DNA from: an uncultured Alphaproteobacteria bacterium
Lineage (GTDB): Bacteria; Pseudomonadota; Alphaproteobacteria; Rhizobiales; Beijerinckiaceae
Assembly: GCA_963743565.1 (NCBI GenBank)
Contig: CAVUQD010000002.1
Location: 113,604-177,603, forward strand
Direction: 5' to 3'
DNA length: 64,000 nt
The translations under genes and the position numbers were made by a program. Under the pieces are notes generated by a model. The model saw only the letters and a list, made by a program, of their open reading frames with translations, ran no database searches and had not been told where the DNA came from. Shown here piece by piece: positions 29,131 through 38,949 of this stretch. The first letter of the stretch is position 1. Each line of letters begins with the position of its first letter.

Positions 29131-29997
29131 ATGAAGCTCCCGAATTTTCTTCAGTTCGAACCGTTTAACCGCCTGAAAGATGGGATGGGAATCCCGCGCG
29201 ATAAGTTAGGGGCCTTGGCCGGAGTCGATATGAATCCCGGCGGAGTATCTACGCAGGAGATAAAGCAGTTATCAAAAGAAGGTATCGATATCAGGGACAT
29301 CGATGAAATCAGAGTTTTGGATGATGGCACGCTCGCTTATAAAGACCGACGCATCCTCCTTCATATTCGTGACATTCAAAGTTACGGACGAACGGATACA
29401 TCTCCTCGTTTCCATTTCGCAAATTGTAATACATTGCAACGAATGCGCGCTGAGAAAAGGTTTGGAAGATACGTAGCCGCAAATAAAATGGATGGAACCT
29501 TTACTTTGATTTATGTTGATTCAAAACACAAGGTCGAACGAAGATTATATGTATGTCAAAACTGCTTAGATTACATAAAATACAATGGTTTTGATCGGAC
29601 ACTTCCCGATACGGAAAAGACAAAGCACGTAACAAATTTTTCGATAGACGATTTTTTTGATGCCTTTCCCAAAAACCTGCATCATTCCTATCCGAGGTAC
29701 ACCTCTACTGATGCCCCTATCAACGATTACAGTCCAGATTTTTCTACCATTAGCTCTGCCTATCGGAGAAGTGTTGATTGGAAATGCGAGGCCTGCGGAA
29801 TCGATCTTTCCTACCATAATTTGAGGAAATATTTACATGTCCATCATATTAATAGCTTAAAATACGACAATTCTGAAAATAATCTACAGGCTCTTTGCTT
29901 GCATTGCCACGCAAACCAGAGTTCCCATAGCCATATGCGAACTTCTTCTCATTATTCAGAATTCGAGGGCATTTGGCGGAAGTGGCGACAGGAATGA
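29131..29997 (+). CDS. zorE: HNH endonuclease, ZorE-like
   Basis: C-terminal CEACG..LHVHHINSLKYDN..NLQALCLHCH; ATGA overlap with zorB; AT-rich. Confidence 0.75.
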   Translation: MKLPNFLQFEPFNRLKDGMGIPRDKLGALAGVDMNPGGVSTQEIKQLSKEGIDIRDIDEIRVLDDGTLAYKDRRILLHIRDIQSYGRTDTSPRFHFANCNTLQRMRAEKRFGRYVAANKMDGTFTLIYVDSKHKVERRLYVCQNCLDYIKYNGFDRTLPDTEKTKHVTNFSIDDFFDAFPKNLHHSYPRYTSTDAPINDYSPDFSTISSAYRRSVDWKCEACGIDLSYHNLRKYLHVHHINSLKYDNSENNLQALCLHCHANQSSHSHMRTSSHYSEFEGIWRKWRQE

Positions 29998-30058
29998 GTT
30001 TCCTCAGACAAGCCCCACCAGTCTCTTAGGGTGTCAGGACTGCGGCCCCTCAACGCCC

Positions 30059-31681
30059 TCACCCCCGCAACCCCGGCGCCTCCTGGCCGGTCCGCGCGAC
30101 ATATTCGGTATAGCCGCCGTCATATCGGTGCACGCCTTCCGGAGTCAGCTCCAGCACGCGGTTGGAGAGCGCCGCCAGAAAATGCCGGTCGTGCGAGACG
30201 AAGAGCATCGCGCCCTCATAGCTCGACAGCGCCTCGATCAGCATCGCCTTCGTCGCGATGTCGAGATGGTTCGTCGGCTCGTCCAGCACCAGGAAATTCG
30301 GCGGGTCGTAGAGCATTTTGGCCATCACCAGCCGCGCCTTCTCGCCGCCCGAGAGCACGCGGCATTTCTTCTCCACATCGTCGCCGGAAAAGCCAAAGCA
30401 GCCGGCGAGCGTGCGCAACGCCCCCTGCCCCGCCTGCGGAAAGCTGTCCTCCAGCGATTGGAACACCGTGCGGTCGCCGTCCAAAAGCTCCATCGCATGC
30501 TGGGCGAAATAGCCCATCTTGACGCTCGCCCCGAGCGCGACCTCGCCCTCGTCCGGCCTTGCTGCGCCCGCCACGAGCTTCAACAGCGTCGATTTGCCGG
30601 CGCCGTTGACGCCCATCACGCACCAGCGTTCGCGGCGGCGCACCTGGAAGTCGAGCCCGTCATAGATGCGCTTCGCGCCATAGAACTTGCGCACCTCGGC
30701 GAGCGTCACGACGTCCTCGCCGGAGCGCGGCGCCGGCGGGAAGTCGAACAACACGGTCTGGCGCCGGCGCGGCGGCTCGACGCGCTCGATCTTTTCCAGC
30801 TTCTTGACGCGGCTCTGCACCTGCGCCGCGTGCGAGGCGCGCGCCTTGAAGCGCTCGATGAACTTGATCTCCTTGGCGAGCATCGCCTGCTGGCGCTCAT
30901 ATTGCGCCTGCTGTTGCCTTTCCGCCTGCGCGCGCTGCGCCTCGTAGAACTCGTAATCGCCGGAGTAGGTGGTGAGCGAGCCGCCGTCGATCTCGACGAT
31001 CTTGTTCACGATGCGGTTCATGAAGGCGCGGTCGTGCGAGGTCATCAGCAGCGCGCCTTCATAACCTTTCAGGAATTGCTCGAGCCAGATCAGGCTCTCG
31101 ATGTCGAGATGGTTGCTCGGTTCGTCGAGCAGCATCGCGTCCGGGCGCATGAGCAGAATGCGGGCGAGCGCGACACGCATCTTCCAGCCGCCCGACAGCG
31201 CGCCGACGTCGCCGTCCATCATCTCCTCGGAGAAATTCAGCCCGGCGAGAACCTCGCGCGCGCGGCCCTCCAGCGCATAGCCGTCCAGCTCCTCGAAGCG
31301 TCCTTGCACCTCGCCGTAGCGCTCGACGAGCGCATCCATCTCATCCATGCGCTCGGGGTCGGCCAGAGCCGCCTCCAGCGCGTGCAGCTCGGCGGCGACC
31401 TCGCTGACCGGACCCGCGCCGTCCATCACCTCGGCGACGGCGCTGCGGCCGGCCATCTCGCCGACGTCCTGGCTGAAGAAGCCGATGGTGACGCCGCGAT
31501 CGACGCCGACCTGGCCTTCGTCCGGTGCCTCCTGCCCCGTCATCATCCGGAAGAGCGTGGTCTTGCCGGCCCCGTTCGGCCCGACGAGCCCGGCCTTCTC
31601 GCCCCGGAGGAGCGAGGCCGAGGCCTCGATGAACAGGATTTGATGGCCATTCTGCTTGCTGACGTTTTCGATGCGGATCAT
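30059..31681 (-). CDS. ABC-F family ATPase
   Basis: Two ABC domains (GPNGAGKT, LSGGWKMR; GVNGAGKS, LSGGEKAR), no TM segments. Confidence 0.93.
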   Translation of the reverse strand: MIRIENVSKQNGHQILFIEASASLLRGEKAGLVGPNGAGKTTLFRMMTGQEAPDEGQVGVDRGVTIGFFSQDVGEMAGRSAVAEVMDGAGPVSEVAAELHALEAALADPERMDEMDALVERYGEVQGRFEELDGYALEGRAREVLAGLNFSEEMMDGDVGALSGGWKMRVALARILLMRPDAMLLDEPSNHLDIESLIWLEQFLKGYEGALLMTSHDRAFMNRIVNKIVEIDGGSLTTYSGDYEFYEAQRAQAERQQQAQYERQQAMLAKEIKFIERFKARASHAAQVQSRVKKLEKIERVEPPRRRQTVLFDFPPAPRSGEDVVTLAEVRKFYGAKRIYDGLDFQVRRRERWCVMGVNGAGKSTLLKLVAGAARPDEGEVALGASVKMGYFAQHAMELLDGDRTVFQSLEDSFPQAGQGALRTLAGCFGFSGDDVEKKCRVLSGGEKARLVMAKMLYDPPNFLVLDEPTNHLDIATKAMLIEALSSYEGAMLFVSHDRHFLAALSNRVLELTPEGVHRYDGGYTEYVARTGQEAPGLRG

Positions 31682-31783
31682 AGGGGCCCGTGTCTGAGGT
31701 GAGGAGCAGCGCGGGGCTTATGCCACGCCCGAGGCTTTCCGTGCTATGCAGCCGCCAAACAGGCGCCGCGGCCGGGGGGCAAA

Positions 31784-32914
31784 TTGAATCAACAGGTCGA
31801 GCCCATTCGCGCGGGGGTCCTCTCCGGCGGACAGATCGAAGCGCTTTTCCGCGGCGAGGCGATCCGCGCCAAGGCGCCGCTGGCCCCAAGCCAGATTCAG
31901 CCGGCGAGCCTCGATCTGCGGCTCGGCCCCACGGCCTATCGCGTGCGCGCGAGCTTTCTGCCGGGCAAGAATCGCAGCGTCGCGGAGATGCTGTCGCAGC
32001 TCAAATCCGACGAGATCGCGCTCGACGGCGCCGGCGCGGTGCTCGAACGCGGCTGCTTCTACGTCATCCCGCTCCTCGAAGACCTCGCGCTGCCGGAAGA
32101 CGTCTCCGGCGCGGCGAACCCGAAGAGCTCGACCGGACGGCTCGACATTTTCACGCGGCTCATCGCCGACCGCGCCGAGCGCTTCGACCTCGTGGAGAGC
32201 GGCTATCGCGGCCCGCTCTACGCCGAAGTGTCTCCCCGCTCCTTTTCGGTGCGGGCGCGCGCCGGCGCCAAGCTGAACCAGCTGCGCTTTCGCCGTCATG
32301 AGCCCGAGGCGCCGCTCAAGACGAGCTTCGCGCTCTCCGACGAGGCGATTGCCGCGATCCATGCGCAGGCGGCGCTCGTCGACGGGCCGCTCAATCTTCG
32401 CGACGGCGTGGTGCTGCGCGTCGATCTCTCCGCGCCGCTCGCCGCGGGCGTCGTCGGCTACCGGGCGCAAAAGCACACGGATGTCATCGATCTGGAGCGG
32501 ATCGGCGCCTACCGGATCGAGGATTTTTGGGACCGGCTGCCGGTTCGCCCCGACAGGCGGCTCATTCTCGATCCGGGCGACTTCTACATTCTCGCCTCGC
32601 GCGAGCGCATCCAGATCCCCGCCGATCTCGCCGCCGAAATGGCGCCGATGGACGCCGCCATCGGCGAGTTCCGCGTGCATTACGCCGGCTTCTTCGACCC
32701 TGGCTTCGGCCGGACCCCGGCAGGCCCCGGCGCGCGGGCCGTGCTGGAGGTGAGGAGCCGGGAAGTGCCCTTCATCCTCGAAGACGGGCAGTTCATCGGC
32801 CGCCTCGTCTATGAGCCGATGCTGCAAATCCCGGAAGCCCTTTATGGAGACGCGGGCCTTTCCAATTACCAGGGACAGGGGCTGAAGCTTTCCAAGCATT
32901 TCGAGGCGGTGTAG
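31784..32914 (+). CDS. dcd: 2'-deoxycytidine 5'-triphosphate deaminase
   Basis: QIQPASLDLRLG, ANPKSSTGRLD, RVHYAGFFDPGFG, SNYQGQGLKLSKHF. Confidence 0.92.
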   Translation: MNQQVEPIRAGVLSGGQIEALFRGEAIRAKAPLAPSQIQPASLDLRLGPTAYRVRASFLPGKNRSVAEMLSQLKSDEIALDGAGAVLERGCFYVIPLLEDLALPEDVSGAANPKSSTGRLDIFTRLIADRAERFDLVESGYRGPLYAEVSPRSFSVRARAGAKLNQLRFRRHEPEAPLKTSFALSDEAIAAIHAQAALVDGPLNLRDGVVLRVDLSAPLAAGVVGYRAQKHTDVIDLERIGAYRIEDFWDRLPVRPDRRLILDPGDFYILASRERIQIPADLAAEMAPMDAAIGEFRVHYAGFFDPGFGRTPAGPGARAVLEVRSREVPFILEDGQFIGRLVYEPMLQIPEALYGDAGLSNYQGQGLKLSKHFEAV

Positions 32915-32942
32915 AGCGGAGCGGATTGAGCCTCGCTCTGGG

Positions 32943-33190
32943 TCAAGTCTTGGCCGGGCTTGTCCCAGGGTCGTCCGGTTGAACGCGTCTGCGATCTTGC
33001 AGTCCAGCGCTCCCCGCCAGCTTGCGAGATTTGGCAAGCGCTATCCCTCCCCCTTGCGGGGAGGGCGGAGCGCCGTAAGGCGCGACGGGAGGGGGTGAAA
33101 GCCTCTCCGTTTCCCGCACCTTCCTGGATTCACGTGCTGTTGCGGCTCCCCCCACCCGGCTCGCTACGCTCGCCACCCTCCCCGCAACGG
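32943..33190. repeat. Cluster of REP-like palindromic elements
   Basis: GCCGGGCTTGTCCC at ~32953; CCCTCCCCCTTGCGGGGAGGG at ~33045; CCCACCCGGCTCGCTACGCTCGCCACCCTCCCC at ~33150. A similar CCTTCTCCACTTGCGGGAGAAGG lies at ~37438. Confidence 0.6.
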
Positions 33191-33326
33191 ATCCACCTTG
33201 TTAAAAATGCCAGCCTGGGCAATCATTGCATCTGAAAGGAGCCTAGCCGGCGAATTCCGGTTCGGGTGGCTCTTTATGGATGGTATGAAGTAAGATTTTC
33301 TGATCCACTAGATAACACTAAAGGCA

Positions 33327-35228
33327 ATGGCTGTCGGCATGACCGAGATTCTCGCCCTACAATATCACCAGCCGGCATTTATTCTGCTTCACGAATTATT
33401 TGATGACAATATTCGTTACGCGCTCACTCTCAAATTCGCCGAATTTAGAGGAAAGCAATTTCTCGCACACTTCCCCGTTAATGAAGTGATTGACAGCAAA
33501 GTCGCTTGGACGATAACAAGAAAAATCCTCGACAATATCGACAACGAAATCCATGATCTCGTGTCTAAAAGAAGTGTTGCCTACTGGCTACACATATATC
33601 GACGAATAGGCGTATCTCTATCGGCTGATCACGAAGATAAGACTGACGACGTCACCGTCGGACTTGTCCGACAAATTGCTGAGCTTGAAATCCAAAAACA
33701 TGGACTTCGTATCGCACCAAAGGAATTTGGTTTGTCAGATAAATTGAGTCCAGACAAAATACTTGGTGGCTGGATGAAGAAAGGGTTTAAGAATCTTGAA
33801 CGCCGTGGATATATTGAAGAGGATTTATTCAGTAAATATAGCGCTATGCTCAGGAGCAATTCAGAATGGGTAATACGGGACTTCTCCAAAAGGGATTTTA
33901 TAGACATATACGCAATCGAAGGCGCAGCTTATCAATACTGGAGATTGACGGCTCTTCTGAGATCGCTTGGCAAGGGCGCAAATATCATCGTCGACGAGAC
34001 AGGAGACTGGGATTACGCTCCGAACCCTACGCTGAATCAGCTGATTTTGTCGATAGATAAAAGGAACAAACATAGCAATTCATTTTCATCTTTAATGGGT
34101 GTCTGGATAGATAACGAGGATTTAACCGGGAGAGGACCCGGACGTACCCCGGAAGGCGAATGGAGTGTTGTCTTTTTCCCGATTTACAATACTCGAAAGC
34201 ATTCTTTAAAAGATGCATTAGAAATTTTTGGCGTGCGATTTCCAAAGGACTATGTTCCAAATTTTCTTCCATTGTACTTTATGCCGAAGGTATTTTTTAA
34301 GCATCACGAGTTCATGATCGACGTATTTGTGAAAACACGGAGATACGATTTCGAAGTATTAGTAGGAGTATTAGCCGGCCTTTCATCGTTTTTTGTTATT
34401 CCTAATAGCACTCCGTATGCTGAGAATAAATTAGAATTGCAGCATATGATGCTTCGCTCGTTTACACAGACTCTTACTAGGGGCTATCACCTTTTTGCTG
34501 GTTCTCATCAAGATCTAATTGAAATGTTAATAGATAGAATGTCAGTCATCTTCTCAAAGCAATTTGATCGCCGCCAAGTTGAATTCGTTGTTGATTCAAT
34601 CACGCTAACTGAAGATATTCAGAGGAAAATCTCTCCCTGGAGCAATGGCCCTAGATGCGTAATTATCCCAGCGGACGGCTTCTGTCTAGTTGATTTAGTT
34701 AGCACCCCCGCCCTCCTACATTCGATATTCGTATTTCTGCCAGATAAATTTGGTGAAAGCGGTACAGTATTTGAGAAACTTTTCAAAGACGCCTTGGAAC
34801 GACGAGGATACGACGTACAGTCCGGTAGACTAGTTGCAAATGATGGCTTGGAGCGTGAGTTAGACGCGGGAGTGATTATTGGAGACGAAATGTACATTTT
34901 TGAATGCGTGTCCATAGAGCGTCCACTGGACTATGAGATCGGTCGGCCTAGGACAATGGCAGTTAGACAAGATCGCCTCTCTCAAAAAGTTGACCAAGCA
35001 AAGTCACTCCACGCGTTTGTTTCCCAAAATCCCATAGGTCGTAATTACGATTTCTCGGCAGCTAAAAATTTTACATGGGTGGTGGTGTCTCCATTTGTCG
35101 AATGGATTTGGGACTTGCGGCCCGAGCTGTGGCTCGATTCCAACACTCCCCGGATTCTCTCACCGGATGAGGCATTCTCACTCCTTCACTCGGAAGATGG
35201 TAAGGCTCTCCACAGGGAGACGAACTGA
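33327..35228 (+). CDS. AT-rich hypothetical protein with a putative C-terminal PD-(D/E)xK/NERD-like region
   Basis: 633-aa ORF with visibly low GC; ELDAGVIIGDEMYIFEC near the C-terminus. Confidence 0.7.
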   Translation: MAVGMTEILALQYHQPAFILLHELFDDNIRYALTLKFAEFRGKQFLAHFPVNEVIDSKVAWTITRKILDNIDNEIHDLVSKRSVAYWLHIYRRIGVSLSADHEDKTDDVTVGLVRQIAELEIQKHGLRIAPKEFGLSDKLSPDKILGGWMKKGFKNLERRGYIEEDLFSKYSAMLRSNSEWVIRDFSKRDFIDIYAIEGAAYQYWRLTALLRSLGKGANIIVDETGDWDYAPNPTLNQLILSIDKRNKHSNSFSSLMGVWIDNEDLTGRGPGRTPEGEWSVVFFPIYNTRKHSLKDALEIFGVRFPKDYVPNFLPLYFMPKVFFKHHEFMIDVFVKTRRYDFEVLVGVLAGLSSFFVIPNSTPYAENKLELQHMMLRSFTQTLTRGYHLFAGSHQDLIEMLIDRMSVIFSKQFDRRQVEFVVDSITLTEDIQRKISPWSNGPRCVIIPADGFCLVDLVSTPALLHSIFVFLPDKFGESGTVFEKLFKDALERRGYDVQSGRLVANDGLERELDAGVIIGDEMYIFECVSIERPLDYEIGRPRTMAVRQDRLSQKVDQAKSLHAFVSQNPIGRNYDFSAAKNFTWVVVSPFVEWIWDLRPELWLDSNTPRILSPDEAFSLLHSEDGKALHRETN

Positions 35229-35497
35229 ACATCAGAGCCTCGCAAATTTGAACGGCGCTAGGAAAAGGTCGTAACTCCCTGATAAGAGGCCGGAGCGTCG
35301 GCACCAAACTTCTGCATCGCGTCAAGAGCGATCCTGTTGTAGCGGGATGCCACTCTCGTGGCTGTGGTCGCCAAGCCTCAGATTTTGACCACTCGCTCGC
35401 CCCCCCCCCCCGGCTCCTTCGCCGGCGCCCCATGACATCGGCGCGCTGAGAGGCTAAAGAATCTTCTAGCCTTTCGCGTCTTACGCCCCGGAACCTG

Positions 35498-36349
35498 ATG
35501 TCATTCCTGATCATCCCCTTTCCGGTCATAAATCCCGTCGCGATCGACATTGGGCCGCTGCCTTTCGGGCTCGGCAGCCTGCCGCTGCGCTGGTATGCGC
35601 TGGCCTATATCGGCGGCTTCGTCGCGGCTTGGGCCTATATGCGCTTCATCGTCGTGCGGGACGCCTTCTGGAACAAGGACCAACCGCGGCCCTCGCCCAT
35701 CGGCGTCGACGATCTCATCGTCTATGTGGCTTTCGGCGTCATCATCGGCGGCAGGCTCGGGCATGTGCTGATCTACGATCCCGGCCACTTCCTGCGCCAT
35801 CCGCTCGATGCCTTCATGCTCTGGAAAGGCGGCATGGCCTTCCACGGCGGCTTCCTTGGCGCGGCGGTCGGCATGGCGCTCTTCGCGCGCGCGGAAAAAC
35901 TGCCGCTGTTCACGGTGGGGGATCTTTGCGCCATCGCCGCGCCGATCGGGCTTTTCCTCGGCCGCATCGCCAATTTCATCAAGCCGGAGCTTTGGGGCCG
36001 GCCGACCGACGTTCCCTGGGCGATGGTCTTCCCGGACCCCGCCGCCGGCGACGTCCCGCGCCATCCGAGCCAGCTCTATGAGGCGGGGCTCGAGGGCGTG
36101 GCGCTCGGGCTCATTCTCTGGGTCGCGCTGCGCGCCGGGGCGTTGAAGAGACCGGGACTGACGACGGGGATATTTTGTCTGGGCTACGCCCTTGCCCGCA
36201 CCTTCTGCGAATTCTTCCGCGAGCCCGACCCCGAACAGGAAGCGCTCGGCTACGGGTTTACGAAGGGCATGGCGCTGTCGCTCCCCATGGCCATCGCCGG
36301 CTTGATCCTGATAGGCTTCGCGCTTCGAAGGCGGAGGGCAATCGCATGA
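35498..36349 (+). CDS. lgt: Prolipoprotein diacylglyceryl transferase
   Basis: LRWYALAY, IIGGRLGHVL, GGMAFHGG, LGRIANFI..ELWGR, RHPSQLYE. Confidence 0.97.
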   Translation: MSFLIIPFPVINPVAIDIGPLPFGLGSLPLRWYALAYIGGFVAAWAYMRFIVVRDAFWNKDQPRPSPIGVDDLIVYVAFGVIIGGRLGHVLIYDPGHFLRHPLDAFMLWKGGMAFHGGFLGAAVGMALFARAEKLPLFTVGDLCAIAAPIGLFLGRIANFIKPELWGRPTDVPWAMVFPDPAAGDVPRHPSQLYEAGLEGVALGLILWVALRAGALKRPGLTTGIFCLGYALARTFCEFFREPDPEQEALGYGFTKGMALSLPMAIAGLILIGFALRRRRAIA

Positions 36350-37428
36350 CCGCGCTCGGCGACGAAATCGCGACCGCCATCGAGCGGGAAGGTCCGCTGC
36401 GGCTGGACCGCTACATGACGCTTTGCCTGCAGCATCCGCGTCACGGCTATTACATCACGCACGATCCCTTCGGGCCGCAGGGAGACTTCATCACCGCGCC
36501 GGAGATTAGCCAGATGTTCGGCGAGATGATCGGCCTCTGGCTCGCCGACGCCTGGTCGCTTGCCGGCGCGCCGCAGCCGGCGCGGCTCGTCGAGCTCGGC
36601 CCCGGCCGCGGGACCTTGATGACCGACGTCTTGCGGGCGCTCCGCGTCGCGCCGGGCCTGACCGAGCGGCTGGAGGTCGATCTGATCGAGACCAGTCCGG
36701 CGCTGCGGCAGGCTCAGCGCGAGACGCTGGGGCGGGAGACGCTCCCCATTCAATGGCGCAACAGCCTGACGGAAACGCCAAGCGGATCGCTCTTCCTCGT
36801 CGCCAACGAATTTTTCGACGCGCTGCCGGTGCGCCAGTTCGTGAGGACCGCGGCGGGATGGAGAGAGAGGGTCGTCGGCCTCAATGGGGCGCGGCGCCTC
36901 GCCTTCGGCCTCGCCCCGAGCGTCGAGCCGGACCTGTCGGCGGTCGCGCCGCTGCATTCGGTGATCGAGATCTGTCCCGAGGGGCAAAATGTGATGGCGG
37001 AGATCGCCCGCCGCATCGTGACCGACGGCGGCGCGGCGCTCGTCATCGATTACGGCTACACGCGAACGACGCTGGGCGAGAGCCTGCAAGCCGTCTCGCG
37101 CCACGCCTATGTCGATCCGCTGGCCTCGCCCGGCGAAGCCGATCTGACGGCGCATGTCGATTTCGCGGCTCTCGCCCGCGCCGCGAAAGCGGAGGGCGCG
37201 AAGGTGCTCGGTCCAACGACGCAAGGCCGCTTCCTGACGCAGATCGGCATCGAGCGGCGCGCCGCGGCCCTGCGCAGCCGCGCGAGCGAGCGGCAACAGG
37301 GCGACATCGATGCGGCCTTGCGCCGCCTGACCGGCTCCGGCGACCCGCGCGAGGTCATGGGCGATCTCTTCAAGGTGATGGCGGTCACGCATCCCGATAT
37401 GCGCGAACCGCCGGGCTTCGCGGAGTGA
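36346..37428 (+). CDS. SAM-dependent methyltransferase, MidA/NDUFAF7 family
   Basis: GDFITAPEISQMFGE, ELGPGRGTLM, ANEFFDALP, IDYG, DLTAHVDF; ATG 36346. Confidence 0.92.
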   Translation: MTALGDEIATAIEREGPLRLDRYMTLCLQHPRHGYYITHDPFGPQGDFITAPEISQMFGEMIGLWLADAWSLAGAPQPARLVELGPGRGTLMTDVLRALRVAPGLTERLEVDLIETSPALRQAQRETLGRETLPIQWRNSLTETPSGSLFLVANEFFDALPVRQFVRTAAGWRERVVGLNGARRLAFGLAPSVEPDLSAVAPLHSVIEICPEGQNVMAEIARRIVTDGGAALVIDYGYTRTTLGESLQAVSRHAYVDPLASPGEADLTAHVDFAALARAAKAEGAKVLGPTTQGRFLTQIGIERRAAALRSRASERQQGDIDAALRRLTGSGDPREVMGDLFKVMAVTHPDMREPPGFAE

Positions 37429-37505
37429 TGCGAATCCCTTCTCCACTTGCGGGAGAAGGTCGTACCCGGCCTGTCTCGAATGTCGTTTGACCGGAAAGAC
37501 GCCTC

Positions 37506-38285
37506 TTGACGACACCACTACAGACCTTTGAAGCGCCAAGCCTCGCCCTGCCCGGCCTCGCGCACGGCTTCTTTGGCCGCGGCGGGGGCGTCTCCACGGG
37601 CGTCTACGCCTCGCTCAACGGCGGGATCGGCTCGCGCGACGCGCCGGAATGCGTCGAGGAGAACAAGGCGCGCATGGCGAAGAGGCTCGGCGTCGCCGCC
37701 GACCGGCTGCTCGTGCCCTATCAGATCCACTCGGCCGATGCGCTCGCCGTCTCGGAGCCCTGGGCGCCCGATGCGCGTCCGCGCTGCGACGGTCTGGCGA
37801 CGCGAACGCGCGGCCTCGCGCTCGGTGTGACCGGCGCCGATTGCGGCATGCTGCTCTTCGTCGACGCGTCGAGAGGTGTGATCGGCGCGGCCCACGCCGG
37901 CTGGAAGGGCGCGCTCTACGGGGTGATCGAAGCGACGATCGCCGCGATGGAAGGACTCGGCGCGCGCCGCAGCGACATCAACGTCGCGCTCGGACCGATG
38001 ATCGACGGCGAGAGCTATGAGGTCGGGCCCGAGTTCGTCGAGCGCTTCACCACCGAACATCCGAGCTTTGACCAGTTCTTCGCGCCTTCGCCGAAGGCGG
38101 GCCATTCGATGTTCGATCTGCCGGCCTTCATCGAGATGCGGGTCGCGCAGGCGGGCGCCGCCTCCTTCGAGAACATACGCGTCAGCACCTACGCCAATGA
38201 AGAAAGCTGCTTCTCCTATCGGCGCAGCGTCCATCGCGGCGAGGAGGACTACGGACGCCTCGTTTCGGCGATCGCGCTAATTTGA
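37506..38285 (+). CDS. pgeF: Peptidoglycan editing factor / YfiH laccase-like protein
   Basis: HGFFGRGGGVS, QIHS, GADCGMLL, AAHAGWKG, FSYRRS. Confidence 0.93.
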   Translation: MTTPLQTFEAPSLALPGLAHGFFGRGGGVSTGVYASLNGGIGSRDAPECVEENKARMAKRLGVAADRLLVPYQIHSADALAVSEPWAPDARPRCDGLATRTRGLALGVTGADCGMLLFVDASRGVIGAAHAGWKGALYGVIEATIAAMEGLGARRSDINVALGPMIDGESYEVGPEFVERFTTEHPSFDQFFAPSPKAGHSMFDLPAFIEMRVAQAGAASFENIRVSTYANEESCFSYRRSVHRGEEDYGRLVSAIALI

Positions 38286-38347
38286 TGTGTAAAAACAACA
38301 TTTTGGAGTTGAGGCCAAAAATCCTCGTCGATTTTTGAAATTTTCGC

Positions 38348-38376
38348 TTGACGCGCGTGGGCTGCTGCGATATAAA
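38348..38376 (+). promoter_or_regulatory. Near-consensus sigma70 promoter ahead of the head-tail cluster
   Basis: TTGACG, 17 nt, TATAAA in an AT-rich gap. Confidence 0.65.
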
Positions 38377-38457
38377 AACATCATCATCAAGAAATGCGCC
38401 CGGGAGTGATGCTTCCGGGCTTTTTCATTTCTGCGACCTGGGGGCCTTTTCAACGTC

Positions 38458-38910
38458 ATGACGAGACCCGCCGCGCCGCCTAAATCCACGGATCGCGCGC
38501 GGCGCGACGCGCGCATCCTCAAGGCCGCGACCAAAGGCCAATCTGTCCAAAGCATAGAAAGGGCGCTCAAGGCCGCGGGCTTCAGGCCAATCTCGCGCGC
38601 GCGGCTCATCTCGATCATGAAGCGCGCGTCGTCCGGCGCCGCCCCCGCGCCGATGTCCGAGGACTTCCTCGAAACCGAACTCAAGCGGCTGGGCGAGTTG
38701 CAGAAGGCGTTGCACGCCAAGGCGCTCAAAGGCGACAACGCCGCGGTGGATCGGGTGCTCGCCATTCTCGACCGCCGCGCCAAGCTCCTCGGCGTCGCGA
38801 TTCAGCCGGCTGCGCAGCCCGGTTCCGGCTCAGACGCGAAAACGATCCTGATGCAAAAGCTCGACGCCATGGCGGCGCGTGTCGCACGAGCGCCCGGCAA
38901 CTCTCGCTAA
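38458..38910 (+). CDS. Putative small terminase subunit
   Basis: 150 aa just before the large terminase; HTH-like start and ELKRLGELQKAL..KALKGDNAAVDRVLAILDRRAKLLG. Confidence 0.6.
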   Translation: MTRPAAPPKSTDRARRDARILKAATKGQSVQSIERALKAAGFRPISRARLISIMKRASSGAAPAPMSEDFLETELKRLGELQKALHAKALKGDNAAVDRVLAILDRRAKLLGVAIQPAAQPGSGSDAKTILMQKLDAMAARVARAPGNSR

Positions 38911-38949
38911 CGCCACGAGTAACCTCTCAAAGGCCCCACGACCCCCTCC

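Larger units (their letters stand above)
27022..29134 (+). pseudogene. zorB: ZorB (MotB/OmpA-like), interrupted by an IS3-family element
   Basis: ATG 27022 gives MVN...EEHWIPLSDLMTG (27022-27108) and resumes in frame at 28382 with LMMIFML; C-terminal IEGHTS..NMELSQAR..SRRVEF. Confidence 0.88.

Noticed and set aside
30002-31698. 9-bp inverted pair CCTCAGACA/TGTCTGAGG flanking the ABC-F gene
   Set aside because: Too short to exceed chance, and there is no transposase or target duplication
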